Part shown: positions 46,516-58,273 of the stretch, piece after piece | How the letters are laid out: each line of letters starts with the position of its first letter | Position numbering within the stretch: position 1 is the first letter of the stretch | DNA from: Macrostomum lignano | Lineage: Eukaryota | Direction: 5' to 3' | Assembly: GCA_002269645.1 (NCBI GenBank) | Contig: NIVC01003302.1 | Span: 1 to 64,000, forward strand | DNA length: 64,000 nucleotides | The notes under the pieces: model-generated | What the model was told of the DNA's origin: nothing | The model's database searches: none | The model's input: only the letters and a program-made list of their open reading frames with translations | Position numbers and translations under genes: made by a program

Positions 46516-49500
46516 ATGCCGCCAGTAGTCATGGATGCAATTTCCGAAGAAAAAGTGGCCAAACTGCTGGACTTCAATCACAAGCTGGACATCGGCCTGC
46601 TGGACTCCGTTGTCACCCTCATGTACAGCAGCACCGGCAGCCAGCAGCAGATGGCGCAGCAGGTGCTCACCACCCTCAAGGAGCACCCAGACGCCTGGAC
46701 CCGGGTGGACTCAATTCTGGAGTACAGCGGCAACCAGCAGAGCAAGTATTACGCGCTGCAGATTCTGGAGAACCTCATCAAGACCCGCTGGAAGGTTCTG
46801 CCCAGGGAGCAGTGCGAGGGCATCAAGCGCTACATTGTCGGCTTGGTGATTAAGACTTCCTCCAATCCGCAAATGCTGGAGAGCGAGAAGGTGTACCTGG
46901 GCAAGCTCAACATGATCCTGGTGCAGATTCTCAAGCACGAGTGGCCGAAGAACTGGCCCAGCTTCATCAGCGACATCGTCGGCAGCAGCAAGTCGAACGA
47001 GTCGCTGTGCCAGAACAACATGGTCATCCTCAAGCTGCTCAGCGAGGAAGTATTCGAATTCAACTCTGGCCAGCTCACCCAGGTGAAGGCTCGCCACCTC
47101 AAGGACAACATGTGCGCCGAGTTCTCCCTGATCTTCCAGCTATGCCAGCACGTGCTGGACAATTCGCAGAACGCGCCCCTGGTGGCGGCCACACTGGAGA
47201 CTCTGCTGAAGTTCACGCACTGGATCCCGCTGGGCTACCTGTTCCAGACCAAGCTCATCGCCACCCTGGTGCACAAGTTCCTCAACGTGCCCATGTTCCG
47301 CAACGTGACGCTCAAGTGCCTCACCGAGATCGCGGGAGTCCAGACCAGCGATTACAATGACCAGTTCGTGCAGCTGTTCTGCCTCACCACCGAGAGGCTC
47401 AAGGAGATGCTGCCCATCAACACCAACATCCGGGAGGCCTACCAGCGCGGCCGGGATGACGAGCAGAACTTCATCCAGAACCTCAGCCTCTTCTACTGCA
47501 CCTTCTTGAGGGAGCACGCCTCTCTGGTGGAGACCAGTTCCGCTCTGCAGGTTGGTGGGGACCCGCAATGGCTTCATGTTCCCTGGGCATCATAGACACA
47601 CGGATCATGTTCCCTGGGCATTAGGGACCCACAGAGCATGTTCCGTGGGCATCAGGGACCCACAGATCATGTTCCCTGGGCATCAGGGACCCACAGATCA
47701 TGTTCCCTGGGCATCAGGGACCCACAGATCATGTTCCCTGGGCATCAGAGACCCACAGATCATGTTCCCTGGGCATCAGAGACCCACAGATCATGTTACC
47801 TAGGCATCAGAACCGTCAGATCAGGGTTAGGGTCAGTGTTAATTAGGTCAGCTTAATCTAGTTCATTTAAAGCAATTTTATTTTCACTGCAGTTATCCTA
47901 CTCATAGTAGGCAGGAGTGAATGTGAAGTGAACCTCATGCAAATAAAACCTTTCTAACCCTCAGGGCCACTTCTCGGACGCACTGACCTACCTGGTGCTG
48001 ATCTCTGAGGTTGACGAAGTTGAGATCTTCAAGATCTGTCTGGAGTACTGGAACTCGCTGTGCACCGAGTTGTACCGGGAGAACCCGTTCGTCAGCGTCC
48101 TGCCCGAGGTCGGCCGGCCGGACAGGCGGCGGGTGTACTGGCCGGTGCTCTCCAGCCTCCGCCGCATCATGATCAGCCGCATGGCCAAGCCCGAGGAGGT
48201 GCTGGTGGTGGAGAACGAGCAGGGCGAGGTGGTGCGCGAGTTCATGAAGGACACGGACAGCGTGGCGCTGTACAAGAGCATGCGGGAGACCCTGGTGTAC
48301 CTGACTCACCTGGACCCGGTGGAGACTGAGCGCGTCATCACCGAGAAGCTGCTCCGCCAGGTTGACGGGTCCGAGTGGTCCTGGAAGAACCTCAGCACCC
48401 TGTGCTGGGCCGTGGGCTCCATCTCGGGCGCCATGAACGAGGACGACGAGCGGCGCTTCATCGTGGTGGTCATCCGGGAGCTGCTGGGTCTGTGCGAGCA
48501 CAAGCAGGTGAGGCCTTGGGGCGGCGGCAGCTGAGCCCGTTTGGGGCTCAGGCGGTTCGATCCCATGAGGCCCGGACCCCAAGACAGAGGTAGGCAGGCA
48601 GGCAGCGCCCTGAGGCAGCGCCCTGAGCCCCTCTGCAGACTGGGTTAAAATTAGAGGCCTTGGGGCTGGGGTTCTGCTGTGGTGCACCCATGGCAGTCCA
48701 GTGTGTCTATCATGTATCTGGGCGGTCGGGGCATATAAGCAACTACAACAAATATGCTTAAAAACTGTTGCAGGGCAAGGACAACAAAGCAATTGTGGCT
48801 GCCAACATCATGTACGTGGTCGGGCAGTATCCCCGCTTCCTGCGAGCGCACTGGCGCTTCCTCAAGACTGTCGTGAACAAGCTGTTCGAGTTCATGCACG
48901 AGACCCACGAGGGGGTTCAGGTGAGACTCGAATGCTTTCCAGTGCAAGATTTTTCATCTGTTAGTCCCAGTACAAGATTGTCCCACTGGTAATCCCCAAA
49001 AATATCCCACAGCTAATCCCAGTGGTAGATTATATCCCACAGCTAATCCCAGTGGTATATTATATCCCACAGCTAATCCCAGTAATAGATTATATCCCAC
49101 AGCTAATCCCAGTGATAGATTATATCCCACAGCTAATCCCAGTGATAGATTATATCCCACAGTTAATCCCTCCCCACCCCGCCAGGACATGGCCTGTGAC
49201 ACGTTCATCAAGATCGCCAACAAGTGCCGGCGCCAGTTCGTGCAGCTGCAGGCCGGCGAGGTGACTCCCTTTGTTGAAGAGATTCTGTGCAACCTGAGCT
49301 CCATCATCTGCGACCTGCAGCCGGCCCAGGTGCACACATTCTACGAGGCCCTGGGCATGATGATCGGGGCTCAGCCGGACAGGCAGCAGCAGGACATCAT
49401 GATTGAGCAGCTGTTCTGCCTGCCTAACCAGGTGCGACTGCTCAGCCATGCCGCTGTTTCACTGGAATCAAAGATGTCATAGCAACCGCTTATTTTCCTG

Positions 49501-52189
49501 GAAGCATATGCCCTAGAAACGGTTTTTCTTATTCTGAAAATCGAATTCTGTTACCATAGCAACCGGTTTTTCTCATTCTGGTAATAACCTGTTACCATAG
49601 CAACCGGTTCTTCATTCTGGAAATCTAATTCTGTTACCATAGCAACCGGTTCTTCATTCTGGAAATCTGATCTGTTACCATAGCAACCGGTTTTTCTCAT
49701 TCTGGAAATCTAATTCTGTTACCATAGCAACCGGTTCTTCATTCTGGAAATCTAATTCTGTTACCATAGCAACCGGTTCTTCATTCTGGAAATCTAATTC
49801 TGTTACCATAGCAACCGGTTCTTCATTCTGGAAATCTAATTCTGTTATCATAGCAACCGGTTCTTCATTCTGGAAATCTGATCTGTTACCATAGCAACCG
49901 GTTTTTCTCATTCTGGAAATCTAATTCTGTTACCATAGCAACCGGTTTTTCTCATTCTGGAAATCTAATTCTGTTACCATAGCAACCGGTTCTTCATTCT
50001 GGAAATCTAATTTTAAAGTTTCACCTCCCCCTTTGCCGCAGGTCTGGGACGGCATCATCCAGATGGCTGCACAGAACGTGGAAAGCCTTCAGGAGCCGGA
50101 CACGGTGCGCCAGCTCTCCGTCCTGCTGCGCACCAACGTCAGCGCCTGCCGCAGCCTCGGCCACCCCTACGTGCGCCAGCTCGGCCGCAACTTCATGGAC
50201 ATGCTCAGCCTGTACAAACTGCTCAGCGAGGACATCAGCAAGGCGGTGGTCGCGCACGGCGAACTGGTGGCCAAGCAGCCGCTGATCCGGGCGATGCGCG
50301 GCGTCAAAAAGGAGACGCTGCGACTGCTCGACTGCTGGGTCGGCCGCAGCACTGACCCGGCCCTGGTGTCCGACAAGTTCGTGCCGCCCCTGTGCGAGGC
50401 CGTGCTTCTCGACTACCAGCGGAATGTCGCCTCTGCCAGGTATGGCGCTGCTGGACTCCTCCCTTCGGTGGCCCCACTGTGCTCAAGTGACCCCGGGTGT
50501 CCTCATCTGTCCTGATATGACCCCGCTTTCATGTCTTCTAGGAATCCCGCTGTCCTTATCTGTCCTGATATGACCCCGCTTTCATGTCTTCTAGGGATCC
50601 CGCTGTCCTTGTCTGTCCTGATATGAACCCGCTTTCATGTCTTCTAGGAATCCCGCTGTCCTTATCTGTCCTGATATGACCCCGCTTTCATGTCTTCTAG
50701 GGATCCCGCTGTCCTTGTCTGTCCTGATATGACCCCGCTTTCATGTCTTCTAGGAATCCCGCTGTCCTTATCTGTCCTGATATGACCCCGCTTTCATGTC
50801 TTCTAGGGATCCCGCTGTCCTTGTCTGTCCTGATATGACCCCGCTTTCATGTCTTCTAGGGATCCCGCTGTCCTTATCTGTCCTCAGGCGACCCCGCTGT
50901 CCTCAGATGACACCATAGTCAATAGAAAATTAGAAAGCCAATAAAGCGCATCAATTCATGATTATCCCCATGACACCCCGCAGAGAGCCGGAGGTGCTGG
51001 CCCTGCTGGCCACCATAGTCAGCAAGCTGGGCGAGCAAGCCAGTCAGCACGTGCCCCCGATGCTGGACGCCGTGTTCGAATGCACCCTGGAGATGCTCAG
51101 CCAAGACCAGCACGAGTTCCCGGAGCACCGGTTGAACCTGTTCACCCTTCTGGAGGCCGTCACTCAGAGCTGCTTCACCACCCTCATCCGCCTGCCCACC
51201 GACCGCCTGCGCATCGTGCTGGAGAGCGTGCTGTGGGCCGTGCGGCACAGCTTGAGGTCCGTCAGCGAGACCGGCCTCAGCATCGTGCTCCGCCTGCTGC
51301 AGAAGGTCGACTGCCTGGACCCGGCCGCTGCCGGCCAGTTCCACGCCAACTTCTTCATGAGCCTGCTCCAGCACCTGTTCTCCGTGCTCACCGACCCGCT
51401 GCAGGCCGGCCAGCTGTCTCAGGTGAGCTGCCGGAGGTTTTTCACTTCTGGTGTTCATGAGATGCCAGCCACTCCCAGAAACTCGCCAGATCCCGGCCAC
51501 TCCGACAATCCCAGAAGATCCCCAGAGATCCCAGCCACAATCACAGGAGATCCCAGCCACAATCCCAGGAGATCCCAGCCACAATCCCATGAGATCCCAG
51601 CCACAATCCCAGGATATCCCAGCCACAATCCCCAGAGATCCCAGCCACAATCCCAGGAGATCCCAGCCACAATCCCCAGAGATCCCAGCCACAATCACAG
51701 GAGATCCCAGTCACAATCCCTAGAGATCTCAGCCACAATCCCAGGAGATCCCAGCCACAGTCCCAGGAAATCCCAGTCATCAAGCTCCCCCCTGGCTCGC
51801 AGGTGAGCTCGGTGCTGTGCCTGATGTTTTCCCTGTGCGAGCGGGACCGGCTGCACACGCAGCTGCAGGCCAGCGTGAGCAACAGCGAGTTTGTGCTGCA
51901 GTCGCTCAGCGCGCTGCTGTCGGAGGCCTACCCGCACCTGCAGCGGCCGCAGATCGCCGTGTTCGTCCAGGGCTGCTTCTCGTTCAACGCCGACCAGAAG
52001 CGATTCCGCGAGCACCTGCGCGACTTCCTGGTGCAGATTCGCGAGTTCACCGGCGAGGACCTGAGCGACCTGTACCTGGAGGAGCAGCAGGAGGAGATCC
52101 GGCGGGCCCAGGAGGCCAAGCTGGCCCAGCAGTGCACCGTGCCCGGCATCCTCAACCCGCACGAGGTTCAGGACGCCATGGAGGACTGA
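46516..52189 (+). CDS. XPO1: Exportin-1 / CRM1, 1064 aa, 7 exons, intact frame
   Basis: Exons 46516-47550, 47965-48507, 48774-48920, 49186-49431, 50042-50439, 50984-51422, 51803-52189 (3195 nt). Motifs [42 protein letters not shown] (HEAT9 loop), [44 protein letters not shown]. Confidence 0.97.
47572..47810. repeat. 31-mer AGATCATGTTCCCTGGGCATCAGGGACCCAC in XPO1 intron 1
   Basis: Tandem units visible. Confidence 0.93.
49001..49170. repeat. 30-mer ATCCCACAGCTAATCCCAGTGATAGATTAT in XPO1 intron 3
   Basis: Tandem units visible. Confidence 0.93.
49545..50012. repeat. 42-mer TTCTGTTACCATAGCAACCGGTTCTTCATTCTGGAAATCTAA in XPO1 intron 4
   Basis: Tandem units visible. Confidence 0.95.
50506..50885. 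repeat. 53-mer x~7 in XPO1 intron 5
   Basis: CTGTCCTGATATGACCCCGCTTTCATGTCTTCTAGGGATCCCGCTGTCCTTAT units visible. Confidence 0.95.
51517..51765. repeat. 22-mer GAGATCCCAGCCACAATCCCAG in XPO1 intron 6
   Basis: Tandem units visible. Confidence 0.93.
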
Positions 52190-52828
52190 GCGGCTGCTTC
52201 GTGATGCGGAACCCCCCCCCTCCAGTGTTCGCAGCGGTGCATTTGCCAGGCCTCTGTTGTCCCCTCGTGTCTTTAGTCCTCTCCGTGAACCCAGTTTATT
52301 TATTGTCTGTCCCTGCACTGTCACAATGCGGCCAGACTGTCGGGATGCTATTGTATTGCTATTAACTTTAACTCTTTCGCGTTCAGGCGGCACCGCGTCC
52401 CCCCTCCCCCCGGTAGCAGCGAATGCAATTCAATTGGCGGCTCGGAGCCCCGCGTATTTTATATCCATTTATTGTGGCCACCTGTGCGTTTCCCCAAGCC
52501 GCTACTTCTCTTCGTTCTCGTGTTGTTGTGAATTTCTTGTGCGCGGCGGCTCCCACTTGCTGCAGTTTCCCACTTTCTCCAGCCTCCCCCAGTGTCTGTC
52601 TGCCGAAATAGGTGTTGAAATGCTTTGCCTGAGCCCCCCAACAATCCGCATCATCTGTTCTGCAAATTCAGCAGCCCACCGAATACACAGCATAACAATT
52701 ATTACCTTATTATTACAATTACTGTTACGCTAATTGTGTTTCTAATACATCGATAACTCAACTGCGCAGGCAGCTGTGTTGGCGTTCCGTTCATTTTGCT
52801 AGCTGTACTACTTATAGTAAGTAGCATA

Positions 52829-53440
52829 ACCCTTTGATGCAGCTGTGCTACCCTTTGATGCAGCTGTGCTACCCTTTGATGGAGCTCTGCTACCCTTTGA
52901 TGGAGCTGTGCTACCCTTTGATGGAGCTGTGCTACCCTTTGATGGAGCTCTGCTACCCTTTGATGGAGCTCTGCTACCCTTTGATGGAGCTGTGCTACCC
53001 TTTGATGCAGCTGTGCTACCCTTTGATGGAGCTGTGCTACCCTTTGATGGAGCTCTGCTACCCTTTGATGGAGCTCTGCTACCCTTTGATGGAGCTGTGC
53101 TACCCTTTGATGGAGCTGTGCTACCCTTTGATGGAGCTCTGCTACCCTTTGATGGAGCTGTGCTACCCTTTGATGGAGCTCTGCTACCCTTTGATGGAGC
53201 TGTGCTAACCTTTGATGGAGCTCTGCTACCCTTTGATGGAGCTCTGCTACCCTTTGATGGAGCTCTGCTACCCTTTGATGGAGCTGTGCTACCCTTTGAT
53301 GGAGCTCTGCTACCCTTTGATGGAGCTCTGCTACCCTTTGATGGAGCTCTGCTACCCTTTGATGGAGCTGTGCTAACCTTTGATGGAGCTCTGCTACCCT
53401 TTGACGGAGCTGCGCTGCCCTTTGACGGAGCTGCGCTGCC
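52829..53440. repeat. 21-mer CCCTTTGATGGAGCTGTGCTA downstream of XPO1
   Basis: Tandem units visible. Confidence 0.95.
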
Positions 53441-54220
53441 TCAGCTACTTAAAATCACTCCTTGTTTTCTCACGTTGTTCCAGCTCTCATTAATAACAGC
53501 AATTAGTGGGTAATGAGTCTCAACTTGAGGTTTTTGCATGGCTTTAATTACTGTTGGTTCCGTGTTAATTACACTAGGGCTTTTTAAATCTCCCTTTTAA
53601 AAGGCACTAATCATTTCTTCTTGCTAAAAGTCACTACTATAAGTACTCGTAGTTGTGCGTTTAGATAATAGCAAGATATTTGGCTCTTTTAGATATTTTT
53701 TCGATAGATAGATACGAGTAGATACATAGATAAACAGATAAGATAAATAAATAGATAGACAGACGAGGGCGACATTGTCCAATTGCTTAGTAAAACAAAT
53801 AACAAAGACGGAAGTGACTGGCACTTAAAGCTAAATTTAGAAACAGGGGGTCGTAAAAGTCGGCGGTGAGAGAGAAAGGTGATAAATCAAGGCGAAGGCA
53901 GATTAAAGTAATAAACTGGGCCTCTGACGCTCAGAATAGGTCGTGCCCACAACAGAAAAAGTAAAACGGCCCAATTGGGGCGCAACTAAACACAAAAATA
54001 CATTAGAGGAAATAGGAATTGGTACGATTTTTTGTCAGTTTATTTGGATAAAGCTGACAGAAATCTTTACCTCAGTGGTTAAATATAATGGGTATATTTA
54101 AAAACACAAAATAGCATGCTTAATGCATTTAAAGTAAGACAGTGTTTTTAAATAAAATATTCAGATTCACTAAAATAGTTTCCGAGTTTTCAACGTGCAT
54201 GCCTCGGCATCCGATCAGCT

Positions 54221-54424
54221 TCACTTTGGTGGCGGCTGCTGCTGCGGCTCCTGCTGTCCGCCAGGAGCCTGGTAGCGCTCGTTGTTAGGGTTCAGCTGGG
54301 TGGCGTGGTTATCCAGGTCCGCCTTGGTGCCGGTGCCCTGGTAGCCGGGCTGGTGGCCCGCGTAGCGCTCATTGTTGGGGTTGCACTGGTTGGACTTGTT
54401 GTCGCTGGCAGCTTTGTCAGACAT
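54221..54424 (-). CDS. Uncharacterised 67-aa N/Q/G-rich micro-protein, paralog A (double DNxxNQxNPNNxxY motif)
   Basis: MSDKAASDNKSNQCNPNNERYAGHQPGYQGTGTKADLDNHATQLNPNNERYQ...; strongly GC3-biased codons; two close paralogs nearby; AG acceptor 10 nt before the ATG. Confidence 0.85.
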   Translation of the reverse strand: MSDKAASDNKSNQCNPNNERYAGHQPGYQGTGTKADLDNHATQLNPNNERYQAPGGQQEPQQQPPPK

Positions 54425-54558
54425 GTTGCTAATCTGGATTAGTAGCTGGATTTACTAGTCTGTGTGTAATGCGTTTGATCACTCTGAGGACTCGCGTTAG
54501 CTCAGCTCTGGCGGCAGTCGGTGACAGCGGGGAGGAAGCGGCGCTCTGGCTTGGCCTC

Positions 54559-54690
54559 TTAAATACGCCCTCTCAGTCATTGCTAAAAATAGAATCTGAG
54601 AACAACAACCTGCAATAGCATTGGCGCTTTTGTACTCTGATGAACCCAGACTCTCGGTTTATTTCTTGGAAATCTGCCTATTTCCTAGAA
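54559..54690 (-). promoter_or_regulatory. Putative promoter of paralog A: TATTTAA plus paired TTCN3GAA (STAT/GAS-type) sites
   Basis: TATTTAA at 54565-54559 (-); TTCTTGGAA 54663-54671 and TTCCTAGAA 54682-54690. Confidence 0.55.
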
Positions 54691-55269
54691 ATGTTTACAC
54701 AGCTTGCCTGTTTACTACTGCAGTCCAGGAGGGTGTGTGCCGTGCAATTTCGGTTAAGCCGGTCAATTGAATTTGAGTTGGCAAGAGCAGCCTTGTTTAC
54801 TGCATTGCACAATGTCTGCTCTGCACCTGCATTCATGAGGTATAGGCAACCCTTCTGTTTACCACAGCGGCTTGTTGCAAATTTACTTTAGTTTAGGCAA
54901 GAGCAAATTGTGACAGGGCTGAGGACCGGTGTCATGGCAACCATTATCCTAACTTTGGATGCGTTATTTTATTTGGGGCCAGAAGTCATGCCAAGCGCTA
55001 GGCTGATTTCTCTCTGGGGTTTACGAGATTAAAGACCTGTCAATAATCACAGTTTAAGCCGTGATCTGATATCACCTAAATGAATACTGCCGAATCTTTT
55101 ATAGCCGCGCATTCTTGTCCGCAAGTCTGTTAACAAAATTTCAAAGTTCTCTGACTTTCGGTACATCTAAATCTAGACAGTATATGTACGTATTGTACAT
55201 TAAACTTACAATTAATGTACAATAAAGTTTGTCTGCCGCGTATTCGGATTTAAAACTTTACTTGCTTAG

Positions 55270-55790
55270 TGGCGCATACGAACGACATCCTTGCGTCTTT
55301 GACAACAACCAAGGAGAAGAACAACTTCAACAGCAAGGTTCGACAAACGGAGCGCAACTTCAGGTACGAGGGCCAGCAGCTGTTCTGTGATGTCAGAAGA
55401 AGCGCCATCGGTCAACGGAGCGTCGCCTGGAGGTGGAAGATCAAAGAGATCTGTCAACTGATCTAAGAAGATCACACCTCTGCGACTGGAGGAGCTCATC
55501 AGGGGATTAAGTCCACCCCATCGAAGCTGCAGGAGCGATTTCACTGGGACGGCAGGACAAAATTTGTGCACGCTCGTACGTTCAGAAGTCCGCGTCTGCC
55601 AGCAGCCTCAGCCTTAGAGTCGGTGACAAGGTCCTGCTGCGGAACTTTGTCCGTGACGATCTGAAACGCGGCGAACTGAAGACACCGTGGTGTACCAAGG
55701 TATACACGGTCGAACGTGTCGTCCTAAGCAACAACCTGTACGGACTCGAGAGGGAAGTGTACAGCGATCAATGGCCACCAGGCAGGTGAT
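55270..55790 (+). mobile_element. Degenerate Ty3/Gypsy-like retrotransposon pol remnant
   Basis: Fragments KEKNNFNSKVRQTERNFRYEGQQLF (resembles the region before the integrase Zn finger) and LRVGDKVLLRNFVR...GELKTPW..KVYTV (resembles the integrase C-terminal module). The core is missing and no LTR pair was found. Confidence 0.5.
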
Positions 55791-56647
55791 TTCAAGAATT
55801 TCTAATATTTTAAGAGTAAATTTTCTAATTGGCGTCATCTAAAGTACTTGGTGTGAACTAGAGACTGAAAAAGGTGTTTCACTTGACTCACTAGAAACTT
55901 TGTGATTTAGAGCAAATGTAAAATTAATGGAAGATCTAGAAAGTAGGACTTAAACGACAAAGAAGTTTGATAATTCAACATATGCTCAACATTTCTTTGC
56001 GTATCTTTAAAACGTGCCGGATTTATCTCAAGGACAAGCTAGACTAGCTATCTGCGGTTAATTTATTTTTCACATCAAGTCTTACAATATTATAATGTGC
56101 ATTATTTAATTTTGTGTACGAGTACAAATCATTCAGTTCTGGATTGTTGTTGTCTTTTTGTTGAAATGTACCTTGTAGTAATAATTTATTGTCTACTTGC
56201 AATGTTGTCGGAATATTTAAGATAAGATAAGATAAGATAAGATAAGCATAAGCATAAGATAGTTTCTGCTCAGTGAGAGAATTCAAGATAACCGAATGAG
56301 TTTGGATACTGAAAAGTATTTTTATTCAGCTGAATAAAACAACGCAGAATTTTTTTAAGACGTGACACCGGGGCACAGTGGCAGGGCTTGAAGCTTGTCC
56401 GCAGTGGAACTCAATTTTAACAAAAACTGAAAAGATGCTCAATTTAATGCTGTGTTATTATTGCACTACTAAAAGTAGCTGATTCGCAAAAAAATCTTGT
56501 GATTATATTTTTTGTAATTATTGCTCAAATCATGCGTCCTCAAAAGTACAAAGTTGATGGTAAACAGCCACAGAGGCATCAGGTTATTCTACGAGAGCTC
56601 AATCAGTATTTCTGTAACTGTCAGCTCTGCTCCGTGACTTTCGCCTC

Positions 56648-56857
56648 TCAAAACCGCTCATTTCTTCGAATGTCCCCCGACCGGCCCTGGCCGCCGCCTC
56701 CGCCCTGGTAGCGCGAGTTGTTGGGGTTCAGCTGGTTGCCATGGTTACTCAGGTCGGCCTTGGTCCCGGTGCCGCCATAGCCGCTCTGGTGGCCCTGGTA
56801 GCTGGAGTTGTTGGGGTTGCACTGGTTGGACTTGTTGTCCCTGCCGGATTTGTCCAT
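56648..56857 (-). CDS. Uncharacterised 69-aa N/Q/G-rich micro-protein, paralog B
   Basis: MDKSGRDNKSNQCNPNNSSYQGHQSGYGGTGTKADLSNHGNQLNPNNSRYQGGGGG...; predicted 5'UTR intron 57479-56868 (GTGAGT...CCCCCAG). Confidence 0.85.
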   Translation of the reverse strand: MDKSGRDNKSNQCNPNNSSYQGHQSGYGGTGTKADLSNHGNQLNPNNSRYQGGGGGQGRSGDIRRNERF

Positions 56858-56966
56858 GGCCGCTGCTCTGGGGGTGCGCGGTGAGGTGCGGATGCAGTCC
56901 TAAGTCAATCCATGGCTTTAGTAAGAGCTCAAGTCTGAGCTATACTCGTAGGGAACTGAAATTGTG

Positions 56967-57375
56967 CCACAGAGAGAATGGCGCCATACAGGAAGAATGG
57001 CGCCACACAGAGAGAATGGCGCCACACAGAGAGAATGGCGCCACACAGAGAATGGCGCCACACAGAGAGAATGGCGCCACACAGAGAGAATGGCGCCACA
57101 CAGAGAGAATGGCGCCACACAGAGAGAATGGCGCCACACAGAGAGAATGGCGCCACACAGAGAGAATGGCGCCACACAGAGAGAATGGCGCCACACAGAG
57201 AGAATGGCGCCACACAGAGAGAATGGCGCCACACAGAGAGAATGGCGCCACACAGAGAGAATGGCGCCACACAGAGAGAATGGCGCCACACAGAGAGAAT
57301 GGCGCCACACAGAGAATGGCGCCACACAGAGAGAATGGCGCCACACAGAGAGAATGGCGCCACACAGAGAGAATG
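56967..57375. repeat. 19-mer ACAGAGAGAATGGCGCCAC in the predicted 5'UTR intron of paralog B
   Basis: Tandem units visible. Confidence 0.95.
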
Positions 57376-57422
57376 GTGCCGTTCTTGTAAAAAAACTTAC
57401 CGTTTTTTTCAAAAGCTGAGAA

Positions 57423-57682
57423 TTCTTAGAAAAGCAAAAAATTCTTCTCGAAGCTTTGGAACTCGATGAAGAAACTCACGGGTCTGAGCGGCTCCTCGGG
57501 ATTTGTATTTACTATTTATAGCCTGAAATGTGCGTGACGGTGGAAGGAGTCAGAAACTCTGGCTTAAAAGTACACCCCAGGTGCGGAGCACGTGAGAGAA
57601 GAAAAACACGGTGTTTTTGCTTTCGAAATACCTGCCTGCCTGACAGAAATTTCTTGGAAACTTGAGAACTCATTTCCAGGAA
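57423..57682 (-). promoter_or_regulatory. Putative promoter of paralog B: canonical TATAAATA plus paired TTCN3GAA sites and a third intronic site
   Basis: TATAAATA at 57520-57513 (-), about 35 nt before the GTGAGT donor at 57479; TTCTTGGAA 57651-57659; TTCCAGGAA 57674-57682; TTCTTAGAA 57423-57431. Confidence 0.6.
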
Positions 57683-58273
57683 ATTCAATCAAAAAGTACA
57701 TTTAGTTTGAGCAACAACTTTACCCTGGCTCCACCCGAACTTCAAGTCTGTTTATTGCAGAGATTAGAATCAGGACTGGACTGAGAGCGCTTGCGCTGGC
57801 AAGGGCGTGGCGGGGACTACTGTCTGAAAAATAATCGATACTTTTAAGTAGTCCTTGGAGTTCTGACAGAAATTCTCGCGCGACTTGGATTGGACGCCAA
57901 CTCCGAATCGCGCGCTATCATAGGAGCGCATTGGTTTAAGCGCGCACCGCGCCGGTCTAACGGTACCTTGCAGCTGCCTGCTCAGGAGAGGCACAAGAGC
58001 GCACTGGGGTGCTTAGGATGAGTTTCATCTTAGGCCAAACTGAGTTGAAAAAATTCGACAAACAAAAATACACAAAAGACATGCAGGGAGAAGCCGAGTT
58101 CATGCTGCATTTTCAAAGCGACCTTCGAGTTTGAACATGAGAAAAATTTTTAAGATCCAACTTGCTAATCTTGTATTTTAAATAGTCAAATGTGAAACCA
58201 ACACAGACTGCTGTCTTTGTTAATCTTTTGGCAATCTTCTGCATGCTGGCTGGGGCAGTCTTTGTCACCGACT

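Noticed and set aside
12777-57375. Regular repeat arrays as CRISPR arrays
   Set aside because: Units are head-to-tail with no unique spacers, there are no cas genes, and the context is a spliced eukaryotic genome.
16334-57375. Apparent enrichment of 6-8 bp palindromes in minisatellite units (GGATCC, AGTACT, TGTACA, AACCGGTT, TGGCGCCA)
   Set aside because: By rough count ~40% of arrays have one, close to the roughly one-third expected by chance for ~25-bp units.
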